A stretch of 64,000 nucleotides of DNA from an uncultured Chitinophagaceae bacterium (GCA_964355925.1 CAYHFN010000012.1:11949-75948), one strand, 5' to 3'; counted from the first letter of the stretch, positions 46,877 to 56,467 are shown. Translations and numbers: made by a program. Notes: generated by a model not told the origin, from the letters alone.

Positions 46877-47818
46877 ATGAAAAAAACAGCGTTGATTGCA
46901 ATTGGCGGAAATTCACTGATCCGTGCCGGAGAGCGCGGCACAATTGATGAGCAGTTGAAAAATGCCCATGCGACGGCACGATGCATTGTTCAGATGGTGG
47001 CTCAAGGATGGCGCATTGTCATTACGCATGGCAACGGGCCACAGGTAGGTGCTGCGTTGATGAGATCTGAGCGAGCTGCCAGCGATGTGTACACACATCC
47101 GCTTGATGTCTGTGTCGCAACCACACAAAGTGAGATCGGGTACATCATTCAACGGGCGATGGAATTTGAATTGCGGGAGATTGGGTTGTTGACGCCGGTG
47201 ATGACTGTGTTGACTCAAGTAAAAGTTGATGAGAACGACCCTGCATTTACGAATCCAACAAAACCGATCGGTCCGTTCTATTCAAAGTCGGATGCGGAAG
47301 AAAAACAACGAACGCTCGGCTGGCACATTATTGAAGACGCTGCGCGTGGATATCGGCGCGTTGTTCCATCTCCCGAACCGGTCGAAGTGTTCGAACAGGA
47401 GATTATACGGAAGATCCTCGATCTGAATATGATCGTTATCGCTGTCGGCGGCGGCGGAATACCCGTTATCGAGCGCGAAAAATATCTTGTGATCGGCAGT
47501 GAAGCGGTGATCGATAAGGATCGTGCATCTGCTCTTCTTGCAACCGGATTGGGTGTTGACCTTTTTATTATCAGTACCGATGCTGAGAAAGTGTGTATCG
47601 ATTTTAAGAAACCAACACAATATGGAATAGATACCGCTACCGCAGATGAAATGCAGAAGCTCTATGATCAGGGACAGTTTCCAGCAGGAAGTATGGGACC
47701 CAAGGTTCAATCTGCTATCCGGTATCTGCGAAACGGCGGGAAAAAAGTTATCATTACATCGTACGAATTTTTAATGGATGCGTTGGACGGTAAAGCAGGA
47801 ACGCGTATTGTTCTATAA
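46877..47818 (+). CDS. arcC: carbamate kinase
   Basis: 313 aa. Motifs are ALIAIGGNSL, ITHGNGPQVG, GGGGIPV, AVIDKD and P.GSMGPKV. Confidence 0.9.
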   Translation: MKKTALIAIGGNSLIRAGERGTIDEQLKNAHATARCIVQMVAQGWRIVITHGNGPQVGAALMRSERAASDVYTHPLDVCVATTQSEIGYIIQRAMEFELREIGLLTPVMTVLTQVKVDENDPAFTNPTKPIGPFYSKSDAEEKQRTLGWHIIEDAARGYRRVVPSPEPVEVFEQEIIRKILDLNMIVIAVGGGGIPVIEREKYLVIGSEAVIDKDRASALLATGLGVDLFIISTDAEKVCIDFKKPTQYGIDTATADEMQKLYDQGQFPAGSMGPKVQSAIRYLRNGGKKVIITSYEFLMDALDGKAGTRIVL

Positions 47819-47839
47819 TATTATTGGAGTGAGCAAACC

Positions 47840-48757
47840 ATGAAACTACAGCATATCATAGAATCGCAGCAATTCACCGTTCCATTGTTATTGGAACTGT
47901 TCGAACGAACACGACAGATGGAAAAAATAGTAGCCCGCGGCGGAACTCGCGATTATGAAAATAAGATCATGGCGACACTATTCTACAAATCGTCGACACG
48001 AACTAGATTTTCATTTGAATCAGCGATGTACCGGCTTGGAGGAAAGGTATTATCTACGGAAAATGGACATGATTTTTCTTCGGAAATAAAAGGGGAATCG
48101 CTTGAAGACACCATCCGTATTATTGCAAATTATTCTGATGTGATTGTATTGCGACATACGGAAGAAGGAGCAGCAAAACGCGCTTCACTTGTTTCACCTG
48201 TTCCGGTCATCAACGCCGGTGATGGGAATGGAGGCCAGCATCCGACACAAGCGCTGCTCGATCTCTATACTATTTATAATGAATGTAAAACAGCAAATGG
48301 TCTATCGGTAGCGTTTATTGGTGCACTTGATAACGGACGGACGGTTCGTTCGCTGACCTATCTTCTCAGTAAATTTGATCGTATCAAATTCTATTTCATC
48401 GCTCCTAGAGAAATGCAAGTGAAACCTGATATTCTTGCATACCTTGATAAATATAAAGTAAGCTATGAACTAGCTTCTGATCCTGCAAAAATCATTTCAC
48501 AGGTTGATGTTGTTTATCAGACAAGGATCGATCGAGAGCGTCTGCAACGGAGCGATATCGATCTTTCTGTTTATAACATAGATAAGAGTGTCCTTCAAAG
48601 AATGAAATCAAATGCAATCATTATGCACCCCCTGCCGAGGTCAGTCGAGATCGATCAAGAGATTGATGCTGATCCGCGTGCAGTCTATTTTCGACAAGCG
48701 CGCAACGGCTTGTTTGTTCGCATGGCGCTTCTGACAATTTTATTTGATAAGGAATGA
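47840..48757 (+). CDS. pyrB: aspartate carbamoyltransferase catalytic chain-like
   Basis: Motifs are STRTRFSFE, LRH, NAGDG..QHPTQALLD, GRTV.S and HPLPR..EI. No pyrI or pyrC is adjacent. Confidence 0.75.
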   Translation: MKLQHIIESQQFTVPLLLELFERTRQMEKIVARGGTRDYENKIMATLFYKSSTRTRFSFESAMYRLGGKVLSTENGHDFSSEIKGESLEDTIRIIANYSDVIVLRHTEEGAAKRASLVSPVPVINAGDGNGGQHPTQALLDLYTIYNECKTANGLSVAFIGALDNGRTVRSLTYLLSKFDRIKFYFIAPREMQVKPDILAYLDKYKVSYELASDPAKIISQVDVVYQTRIDRERLQRSDIDLSVYNIDKSVLQRMKSNAIIMHPLPRSVEIDQEIDADPRAVYFRQARNGLFVRMALLTILFDKE

Positions 48758-48865
48758 TGCGATGGCTCTCCTTGTATATTATTTGAACATGATGTAATAA
48801 CTGGATTCCTGTTGTATCGAATCATAGAGAACATTACACTATTCATTTTATAAAAGGATTGAACC

Positions 48866-50062
48866 ATGAAAACGCAAGAATATATCGCGCTTGAAGAACA
48901 ATATGGCGCTCATAATTATCACCCGCTCGATGTTGTCATCCAAAAAGCACAAGGAGTGTGGGTTACCGATGTTGAAGGAAATAAATTTCTTGATTGTCTT
49001 GCGGCGTATTCCGCCGTCAATCAGGGACACTGCCATCCTGCCATCCGGAAAGCATTTATCGAACAGGCAGACAAAGTAACTCTCACCAGCCGCGCATTCC
49101 GCAACGACCAGCTTCCATTGCTGTATAAAGCACTTCACGATATGACGGGATTCGAAATGTCGCTGCCGATGAATTCCGGTGCCGAAGCGGTTGAGACCGC
49201 CGTGAAAGCAGCCCGTAAATGGGGATACAAAGTAAAAGGGATTCCTGATGGGAAAGCGGAGATCATCTGTGCCACAGATAATTTTCATGGACGCACAACG
49301 ACGATTGTGAGCTTCTCAACCGATGCTCAGTATCGTGACGGATTTGGTCCATTTACTCCCGGATTTCCGATCGTAAAATATGGGGACATTAGTGCGCTGA
49401 AAGCAGCGATCAATAAAAATACCGCGGCATTTCTTGTTGAACCAATCCAGGGTGAAGCAGGAATCGTTGTTCCTCCGGAAGGATATCTAAAAGAAGCCGC
49501 ACGGTTATGCAAAGAGAATAATGTGCTGATGATCTGCGATGAAATACAGTCAGGACTTGGGCGCAGCGGAAAAATGTTCGCTTTTGAATACGACGGCATC
49601 CGTCCCGATATGGTCATCATCGGTAAGGCATTGAGCGGTGGATTCTATCCTGTCTCTGCGGTTCTTTCGTCGAAAGAAGTGCTCGGCGTTTTTCATCCGG
49701 GCGATCACGGTTCTACGTTCGGTGGCAATCCTCTTGCGGCAGCAGTAGCATGCGCTGCGTTGAAAGTATTGAAAGATGAAAATCTCATCGAACGCTCGTT
49801 CGAACTTGGTAATTATTTTATGGGAAAACTGAGGGCGATCAAAAGCAAGCATATCGCAGAAGTTCGCGGTCGCGGTTTATGGATTGGTTTTGTGCTCGAT
49901 ACGAAAGCTCGTCCGTACTGCGAACGGTTGATGAAAGAAGGCATCCTTTGCAAAGAGACCCATGAAAATGTCATCCGTTTTGCCCCTCCTCTTGTGATCA
50001 CGAAAGAAGAGATCGATTGGGCATGTGAGCGAATTGAACGGGTAGTGCTTTCACTCGACTGA
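48866..50062 (+). CDS. rocD: ornithine--oxo-acid aminotransferase (class III PLP)
   Basis: YGAHNYHPL, AYSAVNQGHCHP, DEIQSGLGRSGK and GDHGSTFGGNPLA show the ornithine aminotransferase pattern. Confidence 0.8.
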   Translation: MKTQEYIALEEQYGAHNYHPLDVVIQKAQGVWVTDVEGNKFLDCLAAYSAVNQGHCHPAIRKAFIEQADKVTLTSRAFRNDQLPLLYKALHDMTGFEMSLPMNSGAEAVETAVKAARKWGYKVKGIPDGKAEIICATDNFHGRTTTIVSFSTDAQYRDGFGPFTPGFPIVKYGDISALKAAINKNTAAFLVEPIQGEAGIVVPPEGYLKEAARLCKENNVLMICDEIQSGLGRSGKMFAFEYDGIRPDMVIIGKALSGGFYPVSAVLSSKEVLGVFHPGDHGSTFGGNPLAAAVACAALKVLKDENLIERSFELGNYFMGKLRAIKSKHIAEVRGRGLWIGFVLDTKARPYCERLMKEGILCKETHENVIRFAPPLVITKEEIDWACERIERVVLSLD

Positions 50063-50124
50063 CTTTTTGTTTCACAATATAAACACAACGAAATCAATTA
50101 AACTCAAATTTAAAGGAATACAAT

Positions 50125-51459
50125 ATGTCAAATAATAAACCAATCGTCACGCTGATTGTAGGAGCGGCCGGCAGAGACTTTCACAATTTTAATATGATCT
50201 ATCGCGATAACCCGATGTATAATGTTGTTGCTTTTACCGCTGCACAAATTCCGGATATTGCAGGACGAAAATATCCGGCCGCATTGGCGGGTTCATTATA
50301 TCCGAAAGGGATAGCAATTTTCGAAGAAAAGAATCTTGAAGCATTGATCGAAAAATTCTCTGTTGATGAAGTTGTTTTTTCTTACAGTGATGTAACATAC
50401 AAACATGTCATGAGTATCGGTTCGCGGGCGACGGCGGCAGGTGCACATTTCAAAATTTTAAGTGCGGGCGGAACGATGATCAAAAGCAAGAAACCGGTGA
50501 TCTCGGTCTGCGCCGTTCGTACCGGAAGCGGTAAGAGTCAAACGACGCGGAAAGTTTCTGCGCTCTTGCAAGCAATGGGATATAAGGTGGTTGCAGTCCG
50601 TCATCCGATGCCGTATGGTGATCTAGAAAAACAAAAGGTACAACGATTCGCCACCGTTGCAGATCTGAAAAAACACAATTGCACCATTGAAGAAATGGAA
50701 GAATACGAACCGCATATTTCAAGTGGTACTATCATTTATTCCGGCGTAGACTATGCCGCAATCCTTGCGCAAGCGGAAAAAGAAGCCGATGTCGTATTAT
50801 GGGATGGCGGTAATAACGATCTTCCGTTCTTCACTCCGGATTTGCACATTGTGGTTGCCGACCCGCTCCGCGCAGGTAACGAGTTAACGTACTACCCGAG
50901 CGAAGCGAATCTTCGATTGGCAGATGTTGTCATCATTAACAAGATCGATTCGGCGACACCTGAATCAGTCACTCTACTCAGAGAAAACATTCGTTCGGTC
51001 AACGCTCGCGCTCGGATTGTTGACGCAGCATCGCCGATCGGTATTGAACATGGAGAGAAAATTACCGGAAAACGAGTTCTCGTCATCGAAGATGGTCCGA
51101 CATTAACGCATGGCGAAATGAAATTCGGAGCTGGTACAGTAGCTGCTCAGAAATTTGGTGCATCAGAATTAGTCGATCCGCGTCCGTATGCAACCGGTGA
51201 AATCAAGAAGACGTACGAAACATATCCGAAAATAGGAATACTTCTGCCGGCGATGGGATACAGCGATAAGCAGGTGAAAGATCTCGAAGTTACCATCAAC
51301 AAAGTGCCGTGTGATGCGGTGATAATCGGAACGCCGATCGATCTGAACAGGATCGTCAAGATCAAGAAACCAACATTTCGGGTGACATACGATCTTCAGG
51401 AGATCGGTGAGCCAAGCCTATCCACTATTCTGGATGAGTTTGTTGCGAAGTTGAAATAG
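50125..51459 (+). CDS. P-loop NTPase/GTPase of the cyclic 2,3-diphosphoglycerate synthetase-like family (function unknown)
   Basis: Walker A is AVRTGSGKSQTT. WDGGNND and IINKID (NKxD-like) are also present, after an N-terminal Rossmann-like region. The family name is recalled from similar annotated bacterial proteins and has not been verified. Confidence 0.5.
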   Translation: MSNNKPIVTLIVGAAGRDFHNFNMIYRDNPMYNVVAFTAAQIPDIAGRKYPAALAGSLYPKGIAIFEEKNLEALIEKFSVDEVVFSYSDVTYKHVMSIGSRATAAGAHFKILSAGGTMIKSKKPVISVCAVRTGSGKSQTTRKVSALLQAMGYKVVAVRHPMPYGDLEKQKVQRFATVADLKKHNCTIEEMEEYEPHISSGTIIYSGVDYAAILAQAEKEADVVLWDGGNNDLPFFTPDLHIVVADPLRAGNELTYYPSEANLRLADVVIINKIDSATPESVTLLRENIRSVNARARIVDAASPIGIEHGEKITGKRVLVIEDGPTLTHGEMKFGAGTVAAQKFGASELVDPRPYATGEIKKTYETYPKIGILLPAMGYSDKQVKDLEVTINKVPCDAVIIGTPIDLNRIVKIKKPTFRVTYDLQEIGEPSLSTILDEFVAKLK

Positions 51460-51479
51460 AAAAAATATTTTCTTATGCA

Positions 51480-51513
51480 GAAAGCCGCGTGAATTGAAAT
51501 TCATGCGGCTTTC
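51480..51513. terminator. long hairpin terminator between convergent genes
   Basis: gaaagccgcgtgaat-tgaa-attcatgcggctttc forms a 15-bp stem with one G-U pair. The flanks are T-rich and A-rich. Confidence 0.55.
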
Positions 51514-51517
51514 TTAT

Positions 51518-52687
51518 TCATCTCATGTTCTTAAAACCATTCTCGATCTCGAATGAAAGACGCTCGAATACTTCCTGAAACGTACCGACGCCGTTAATTT
51601 TCGTCACACCATGCAGTTGATTGTACTTTAAAATTACCGGGACAGTTTTTACTTCGTGTTCTTTTAGCCGTTTTACGATCTTCGAAGTACTATCATCGTA
51701 CGGCATGCACCGTTCTGTTTTGCTTCGCTCATCAAGTCGGTAGATCAGATCAAGTGCCGGAACTTCAATCTCAATAATTTTTGAAATTGAAGAACCGTGT
51801 TTTCGCAGCAAACCGTCGAGAATATATGATTGAACGAGCGTTCGGGGAAATCCCTTGAAAATATAGCCCTTCACATTTTTTGATGTTGCAAGTTTCTTTT
51901 CGATCAACTGAACGACAATTTCATCCGGAACAAGATTGCCATTCTCATACATCGAAATGATCTTCTGGCCGAGAGGTGTATGTTGTTTTATTTCGCGCTC
52001 AAGCATTTCTCCTGTTGCAACATATTCAAGACCGAAACGTTCTGCAAGTGCTTTTCCCTGCGACCCGCGTCCCGACCCTGGATAACCAAACAATACGATA
52101 TTCAATAATTTATTTTGTAGCTCTTTTGAAATGATATTCGCAATTTCATCTCTGACGTGTTCGATTGATGCGGAGCTGTCTACATCGTGACAAATACCTT
52201 TCTCTTTGTAAAACTGAAGCACGGGCAATGTTTTTTCGTTGTATTCTTTCAGTCTGTTTCTGATCACCGTTTCATTATCATCAGTTCTCCCGGAAGTTTT
52301 TCCTCTGTTTAAAAGACGGGCAACAGATTCTTCTTCGGAAACATTCAGACTGATCAGACAAGTGAGAGATGTATTCAACTTTAACATTAATCCTTCAAGA
52401 ATATATGCCTGGATGTATGTTCGAGGAAATCCGTCAAATAAAAATCCATTTGCTTCCGGATTTTCTGTGATTGTTTTTTCGATGATCTGAACGATGATCT
52501 CGTCTGAAACAAGACCGCCCGCCGATATGATGATTTGGGCTTCCAGTCCCAAAATTGTTTTAGCTGCTATTTCTTTGCGCAGCAGATCTCCGGTTGATAT
52601 ATAAAATAGATTATATTTTTTTATGAGGAACTCCGATTGGGTTCCTTTACCTGCGCCCGGTGGACCGAAAAGTGCAATATTAAGCAT
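51518..52687 (-). CDS. adk: tandem (fused) adenylate kinase: a canonical N-terminal domain plus a degenerate C-terminal domain
   Basis: 389 aa, equal to two short-lid Adk units. Domain 1 has GPPGAGKGTQ, GDLLR, GFPRT and GRTDDN..V..RL. Domain 2 (about 51518-52105) has GYPGSGRGSQ, GEMLE, GFPRT and YDDSTSKIVKRL. Confidence 0.8.
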   Translation of the reverse strand: MLNIALFGPPGAGKGTQSEFLIKKYNLFYISTGDLLRKEIAAKTILGLEAQIIISAGGLVSDEIIVQIIEKTITENPEANGFLFDGFPRTYIQAYILEGLMLKLNTSLTCLISLNVSEEESVARLLNRGKTSGRTDDNETVIRNRLKEYNEKTLPVLQFYKEKGICHDVDSSASIEHVRDEIANIISKELQNKLLNIVLFGYPGSGRGSQGKALAERFGLEYVATGEMLEREIKQHTPLGQKIISMYENGNLVPDEIVVQLIEKKLATSKNVKGYIFKGFPRTLVQSYILDGLLRKHGSSISKIIEIEVPALDLIYRLDERSKTERCMPYDDSTSKIVKRLKEHEVKTVPVILKYNQLHGVTKINGVGTFQEVFERLSFEIENGFKNMR

Positions 52688-52729
52688 GATAATTCTGGTT
52701 AGTGAAGATTATTTAAATCTCTATGGTCA

Positions 52730-54094
52730 TTATTTAACCTGGAGTCGGGGCAGTAACCGTGCAATTTTACTCGTTAGTGTCGTCCGTGGAATGTTGAGTA
52801 GTTTCGCAGCATCGGTTATACTATTCGAGCAACGCGTCAGTGCCCATTCGATCATTGCTTTTTCTTTTTGTGAAATGTATTCTTCCAACGACTTAAACGA
52901 TTCAAAAGATTCTGCGCTACTATGGCGACCGTGTAAATGGGAACCGAAATCAAGTACGGAAATATCAATCTGTCCGCTGAATGATAATGCGATCATTCGT
53001 TCAACAATGTTCTCTAATTCCCTCACATTTCCTCTCCAATCGTATGATTGCAGTTTATCGAAAATCTCTTTTGTAAGAAGCATTATTTTGTCTTCAGCAT
53101 GATGTTTTCTAAAAAAATATTCTACAAGCAGCGGAATATCTTCTTTTCGTTCGCGAAGTGGAGGAAGTTTTAATGGGATAATATTCAAGCGATAGAAAAG
53201 ATCTTCTCTGAATGTTTTATTCTCAACCTTTTTCTTAAGGTCGATTTTTGTCGCACAAATAATGCGAACGTTTATACTAATGTTTTGATCCCCGCCGACG
53301 TGTGTAAGTTCACGCTCTTGAATGACACGTAACAATTTGATCTGTACGCTTAATGGAAAATCATCGATATCATCAATAAATAGGGTTCCGTTGTTTGCTC
53401 GTTCAAAATATCCGATATGTTGTTTAATTGCACCAGTAAATGAGCCTTTTTCGTGCCCGAACAATTCGCTTTCTAAAAGGCTTTCCGGAATGCTTGAAAC
53501 GCTGACCGTTACAAAATTTTCATTACGACGTGAACTTGCTTTGTGTAATGCGCGTGCAACAAGTTCCTTACCCGTTCCGCTTTCTCCTTCTATCAACACC
53601 GTGGAATCATTTTGAGCAATTTGGTTGATCGTTTGCACTAATTTCTTCATAGGCTGCGATAAACCAATAATGGTCTTGTTCTCAAGAGTTTGGATCTTGT
53701 TCTTTAGCTCTTCGTTTTCCGAAAGCACTTTTTGCAGTTGATCTATATTACGGAGAATGGAGATCAGTTTTTCCGGAGAGAATGGTTTTGTAAGATAATC
53801 ATAGGCACCAATCTTCAATGATTGAATTGCCGTATCAACGCTTGCAAACGCAGTGATTAAAATAACCTTGCACATCGGATTGATAGCCATAACTGATGTT
53901 AATATTTCAATTCCATTCATCTTTGGAAGCCGAAGATCGGTAATGACAATTTCAGGTTTCTCCGATTTGAAGATTGTTAATCCTTCATCCCCGTCTTCTG
54001 CAGAATGGACTTCATATCCCTCAATGGCTAAAATATCCGAAAGAGATTTTCGTGTAATCTTTTCATCTTCAATGATTAATAATTTTTTTTTCAT
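52730..54094 (-). CDS. sigma-54-dependent response regulator (NtrC family: REC + AAA+ + Fis-type HTH)
   Basis: The REC domain has LLIIEDE...DLRLPKMNG. The AAA+ domain has GESGTGKE, the GAFTGA-variant GSFTGA, and LFLDDI-like LFIDDI. The C-terminal HTH is ITDAAKLLNIPRTTL. Confidence 0.85.
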   Translation of the reverse strand: MKKKLLIIEDEKITRKSLSDILAIEGYEVHSAEDGDEGLTIFKSEKPEIVITDLRLPKMNGIEILTSVMAINPMCKVILITAFASVDTAIQSLKIGAYDYLTKPFSPEKLISILRNIDQLQKVLSENEELKNKIQTLENKTIIGLSQPMKKLVQTINQIAQNDSTVLIEGESGTGKELVARALHKASSRRNENFVTVSVSSIPESLLESELFGHEKGSFTGAIKQHIGYFERANNGTLFIDDIDDFPLSVQIKLLRVIQERELTHVGGDQNISINVRIICATKIDLKKKVENKTFREDLFYRLNIIPLKLPPLRERKEDIPLLVEYFFRKHHAEDKIMLLTKEIFDKLQSYDWRGNVRELENIVERMIALSFSGQIDISVLDFGSHLHGRHSSAESFESFKSLEEYISQKEKAMIEWALTRCSNSITDAAKLLNIPRTTLTSKIARLLPRLQVK

Positions 54095-55544
54095 ACGCGA
54101 TTGGTAATGTTATTCTAAAAATTGTTTCGACATTCTGTATGCTCTTGACACCGATGTGTCCTCCATGAGATTCAATGATTCCCATACATACAGATAAACC
54201 TAATCCAGTTCCGATGCCGACATCTTTTGTTGTAAAAAAAGGGTCGAATATTTTCTTAAGATCATCGGAAGCTATCCCTTCACCGTTATCGCGTATTTCA
54301 ATAAAAACAGATGATTCATCGGCACTTCCGGTCATAATACTGATCGATCCATTTTGGTCAATAGCATCATAACTGTTCAAGACCATATTCATGATTACTT
54401 CTTGAAAGAGATGATAATCGATCTGAACATCACAGATATCGTCCGAGAGATGCAATTGTATATCGATCATTTTCTCTTTTAATCGTAATTCAAAAAGATT
54501 AACAACTTTTGAAATGGCGTCATTGATATTGATAAAATTATCAGATGTAGATTGCTGTCGTGCAAATCCGAGAAGTTTTTTTACAATGGTCTCAATATCG
54601 TTTATTCCTTCATTGATCAGATTAAGGTATTCATTTGTTTTTTGACTATCGTTTGAATTCTGTTTGATTGCGTATAAGCATGATTTTATACCATTCAAAG
54701 GATTATTCACTTGATGAGCAACACCCGAAGCAAGTCTGCCAATAGAAGCAAGTTTTTCAGCATGATAAATTTGCTTTTGAGCTTGTTCCAATTCTTTTTT
54801 TGAATTATCGAGCCGTTCTTGGAGCAATTTAAAATGATGATAGAAAAAACCGATCTCATCCTGCTGTTGAGGCAGGGCAATCTGGATATTAGTGGCAAAA
54901 TCGATCGAATCTATTACATGAACCAATTTTTCAATTGATGATGTCATGCGATTGATGGAAATAAATAGGATAACAAGAACAAAAGATGTGATAAGTATTG
55001 TTGCCGTAAATAGCAATAGAAAAACACTGCTAATCTCATCGCGTATCGGTTGTGCATCAAATCCAATCTTTGCTGTACCCCAATGTTTTCCAGAAAAAAC
55101 TAATGGTTGATGAAGTTCCATTGTCCAGCCAAACTGAGGATTTTCATAGATCTTGATTTCATTTGTCTTGGGTAACGTTGTAGCAAGTTCGAACGGAAGG
55201 GGTGGATCATAATTTAATCGATTGGTGAGCTGAATAATAGATGTTCCATTCTTATCAAAGATGACGACATATTTAACATTGCCCAAACGGGTAATAAAGT
55301 TCTCTACATAGGTTTCGAGAATATTTTCCTTTTTATAAATGGATTTTTCTTCAAAGATCATTGCATCAATCACCGTTACCGCAAACGTTTTGGAAATTGA
55401 GACCGCATTATCAGATTGCTTCTGGATGATGATCTTCCTCCATTCAAAAAGAAGAACAAACGAGATCAATAGCATCAACAGGGTGATGACAGTTCCGGTA
55501 AGAAGTAAGATTCTTGTCTTTAAACTTGAACGAACATTGAACAT
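54069..55544 (-). CDS. sensor histidine kinase (two TM helices, periplasmic domain, HisKA + HATPase_c)
   Basis: The H-box is GRLASGVAHQVNNPL, the N-box is LNSYDA, the G-boxes are DNGEGI and GTGLGLS. It overlaps the response regulator gene by 26 nt. Confidence 0.8.
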   Translation of the reverse strand: MFNVRSSLKTRILLLTGTVITLLMLLISFVLLFEWRKIIIQKQSDNAVSISKTFAVTVIDAMIFEEKSIYKKENILETYVENFITRLGNVKYVVIFDKNGTSIIQLTNRLNYDPPLPFELATTLPKTNEIKIYENPQFGWTMELHQPLVFSGKHWGTAKIGFDAQPIRDEISSVFLLLFTATILITSFVLVILFISINRMTSSIEKLVHVIDSIDFATNIQIALPQQQDEIGFFYHHFKLLQERLDNSKKELEQAQKQIYHAEKLASIGRLASGVAHQVNNPLNGIKSCLYAIKQNSNDSQKTNEYLNLINEGINDIETIVKKLLGFARQQSTSDNFININDAISKVVNLFELRLKEKMIDIQLHLSDDICDVQIDYHLFQEVIMNMVLNSYDAIDQNGSISIMTGSADESSVFIEIRDNGEGIASDDLKKIFDPFFTTKDVGIGTGLGLSVCMGIIESHGGHIGVKSIQNVETIFRITLPIAYEKKIINH

Positions 55545-55555
55545 TCTTTTCTCAG

Positions 55556-56467
55556 TTATTTACTTATTGTTCTTACAACATCATAATCTTTATCGATTGC
55601 CTCAACAAAGCCATAAATGAATTCGTTATCCCATCCCTGAGTGATTTTTTCTCGTTCTGGATTAAATCGATCGAGTGATAATAGCGTTCTTTTTATGGCT
55701 TCAACAATTGGTTTTGAATGTTCTTGTGCTACAACAATAGGGGATGTTGGAAATGGATCGGAGTATAATAGAATCCGAATATTTCTATTCTTAATTTTTT
55801 GTATCAAATATTCCCGGGTTACTCCAACATCGAATATTTCATTGATGACATTATAGATTACACTTTGATGATGCGGAAAATTTACGATTGCCGTAAGGTC
55901 ACTTTCCTTGATATTATTCTTATTAAATTCGTAACGAAGAAGCCAGTTTGAAGAGTATGATTCTTTGGATGGGAGAGCAAGTTTTTTCTTTCTTAGATCA
56001 TTTAAACTATAAATATTATTTGAACCGGTTGTAAACAAAACGGAACGTGAGAATGGTTCATAATTACTGTTTAAGGGTTTTAAAATAGGGATGACGCCAT
56101 ATTCTTCATGTGCTTTTATATATACATATGAACCTAAAAATGCCGCAACAACCTCTTTCTTTATTAACATATTCACCGCTTGGTTATAATCATCACACAA
56201 TTTTAATTCGAATCTATATTCAGTTTTCGATGTGAGATAATCCAACATTGGCTGATACCCACTGTATATTATATTAGGCGGGTACCGTGAAATAACGCTG
56301 ATATAAACGATCGGCTTGTTTATTGAAGTTGTATCGTTCACAATTTCTTCAAAATTACTTTTTACGGTTCCCTCAATATTTACCGCATATTGATAGAAAT
56401 AAAATGTAAAAATTAATGTAAAAAACAGGAGAAGAAATATTCCACCGTAAATAATTTTCTTTTTCAT
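55556..56467 (-). CDS. membrane-anchored PhnD-like (phosphate/phosphonate-type) substrate-binding domain protein
   Basis: It has an N-terminal TM anchor. The periplasmic-binding-protein fold pattern (ISRYPPN..Y..YQPMLDYL......FELK...DY..AV..L...EV.AAFLGS.VY) resembles the PhnD family. It is the first gene of the operon with the kinase. Confidence 0.55.
   Translation of the reverse strand: MKKKIIYGGIFLLLFFTLIFTFYFYQYAVNIEGTVKSNFEEIVNDTTSINKPIVYISVISRYPPNIIYSGYQPMLDYLTSKTEYRFELKLCDDYNQAVNMLIKKEVVAAFLGSYVYIKAHEEYGVIPILKPLNSNYEPFSRSVLFTTGSNNIYSLNDLRKKKLALPSKESYSSNWLLRYEFNKNNIKESDLTAIVNFPHHQSVIYNVINEIFDVGVTREYLIQKIKNRNIRILLYSDPFPTSPIVVAQEHSKPIVEAIKRTLLSLDRFNPEREKITQGWDNEFIYGFVEAIDKDYDVVRTISK

Noticed and set aside
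47840-48757. Whether the PyrB-like gene is a putrescine carbamoyltransferase or a YgeW-type transcarbamylase
   Set aside because: I neither adopted nor excluded this alternative. The STRTR, HPTQ and HPLPR motifs and the 305-aa length match ATCase catalytic chains best by eye. A phylogeny is needed to exclude other specificities.
48848-49288. 146-aa minus-strand ORF
   Set aside because: It is antisense to the well-supported ornithine aminotransferase N-terminus.
52623-53102. 159-aa plus-strand ORF bridging the adk and response-regulator genes
   Set aside because: It is antisense to the C-terminal HTH/AAA+ region of the sigma-54 regulator and overlaps the adk start. It has no motifs.
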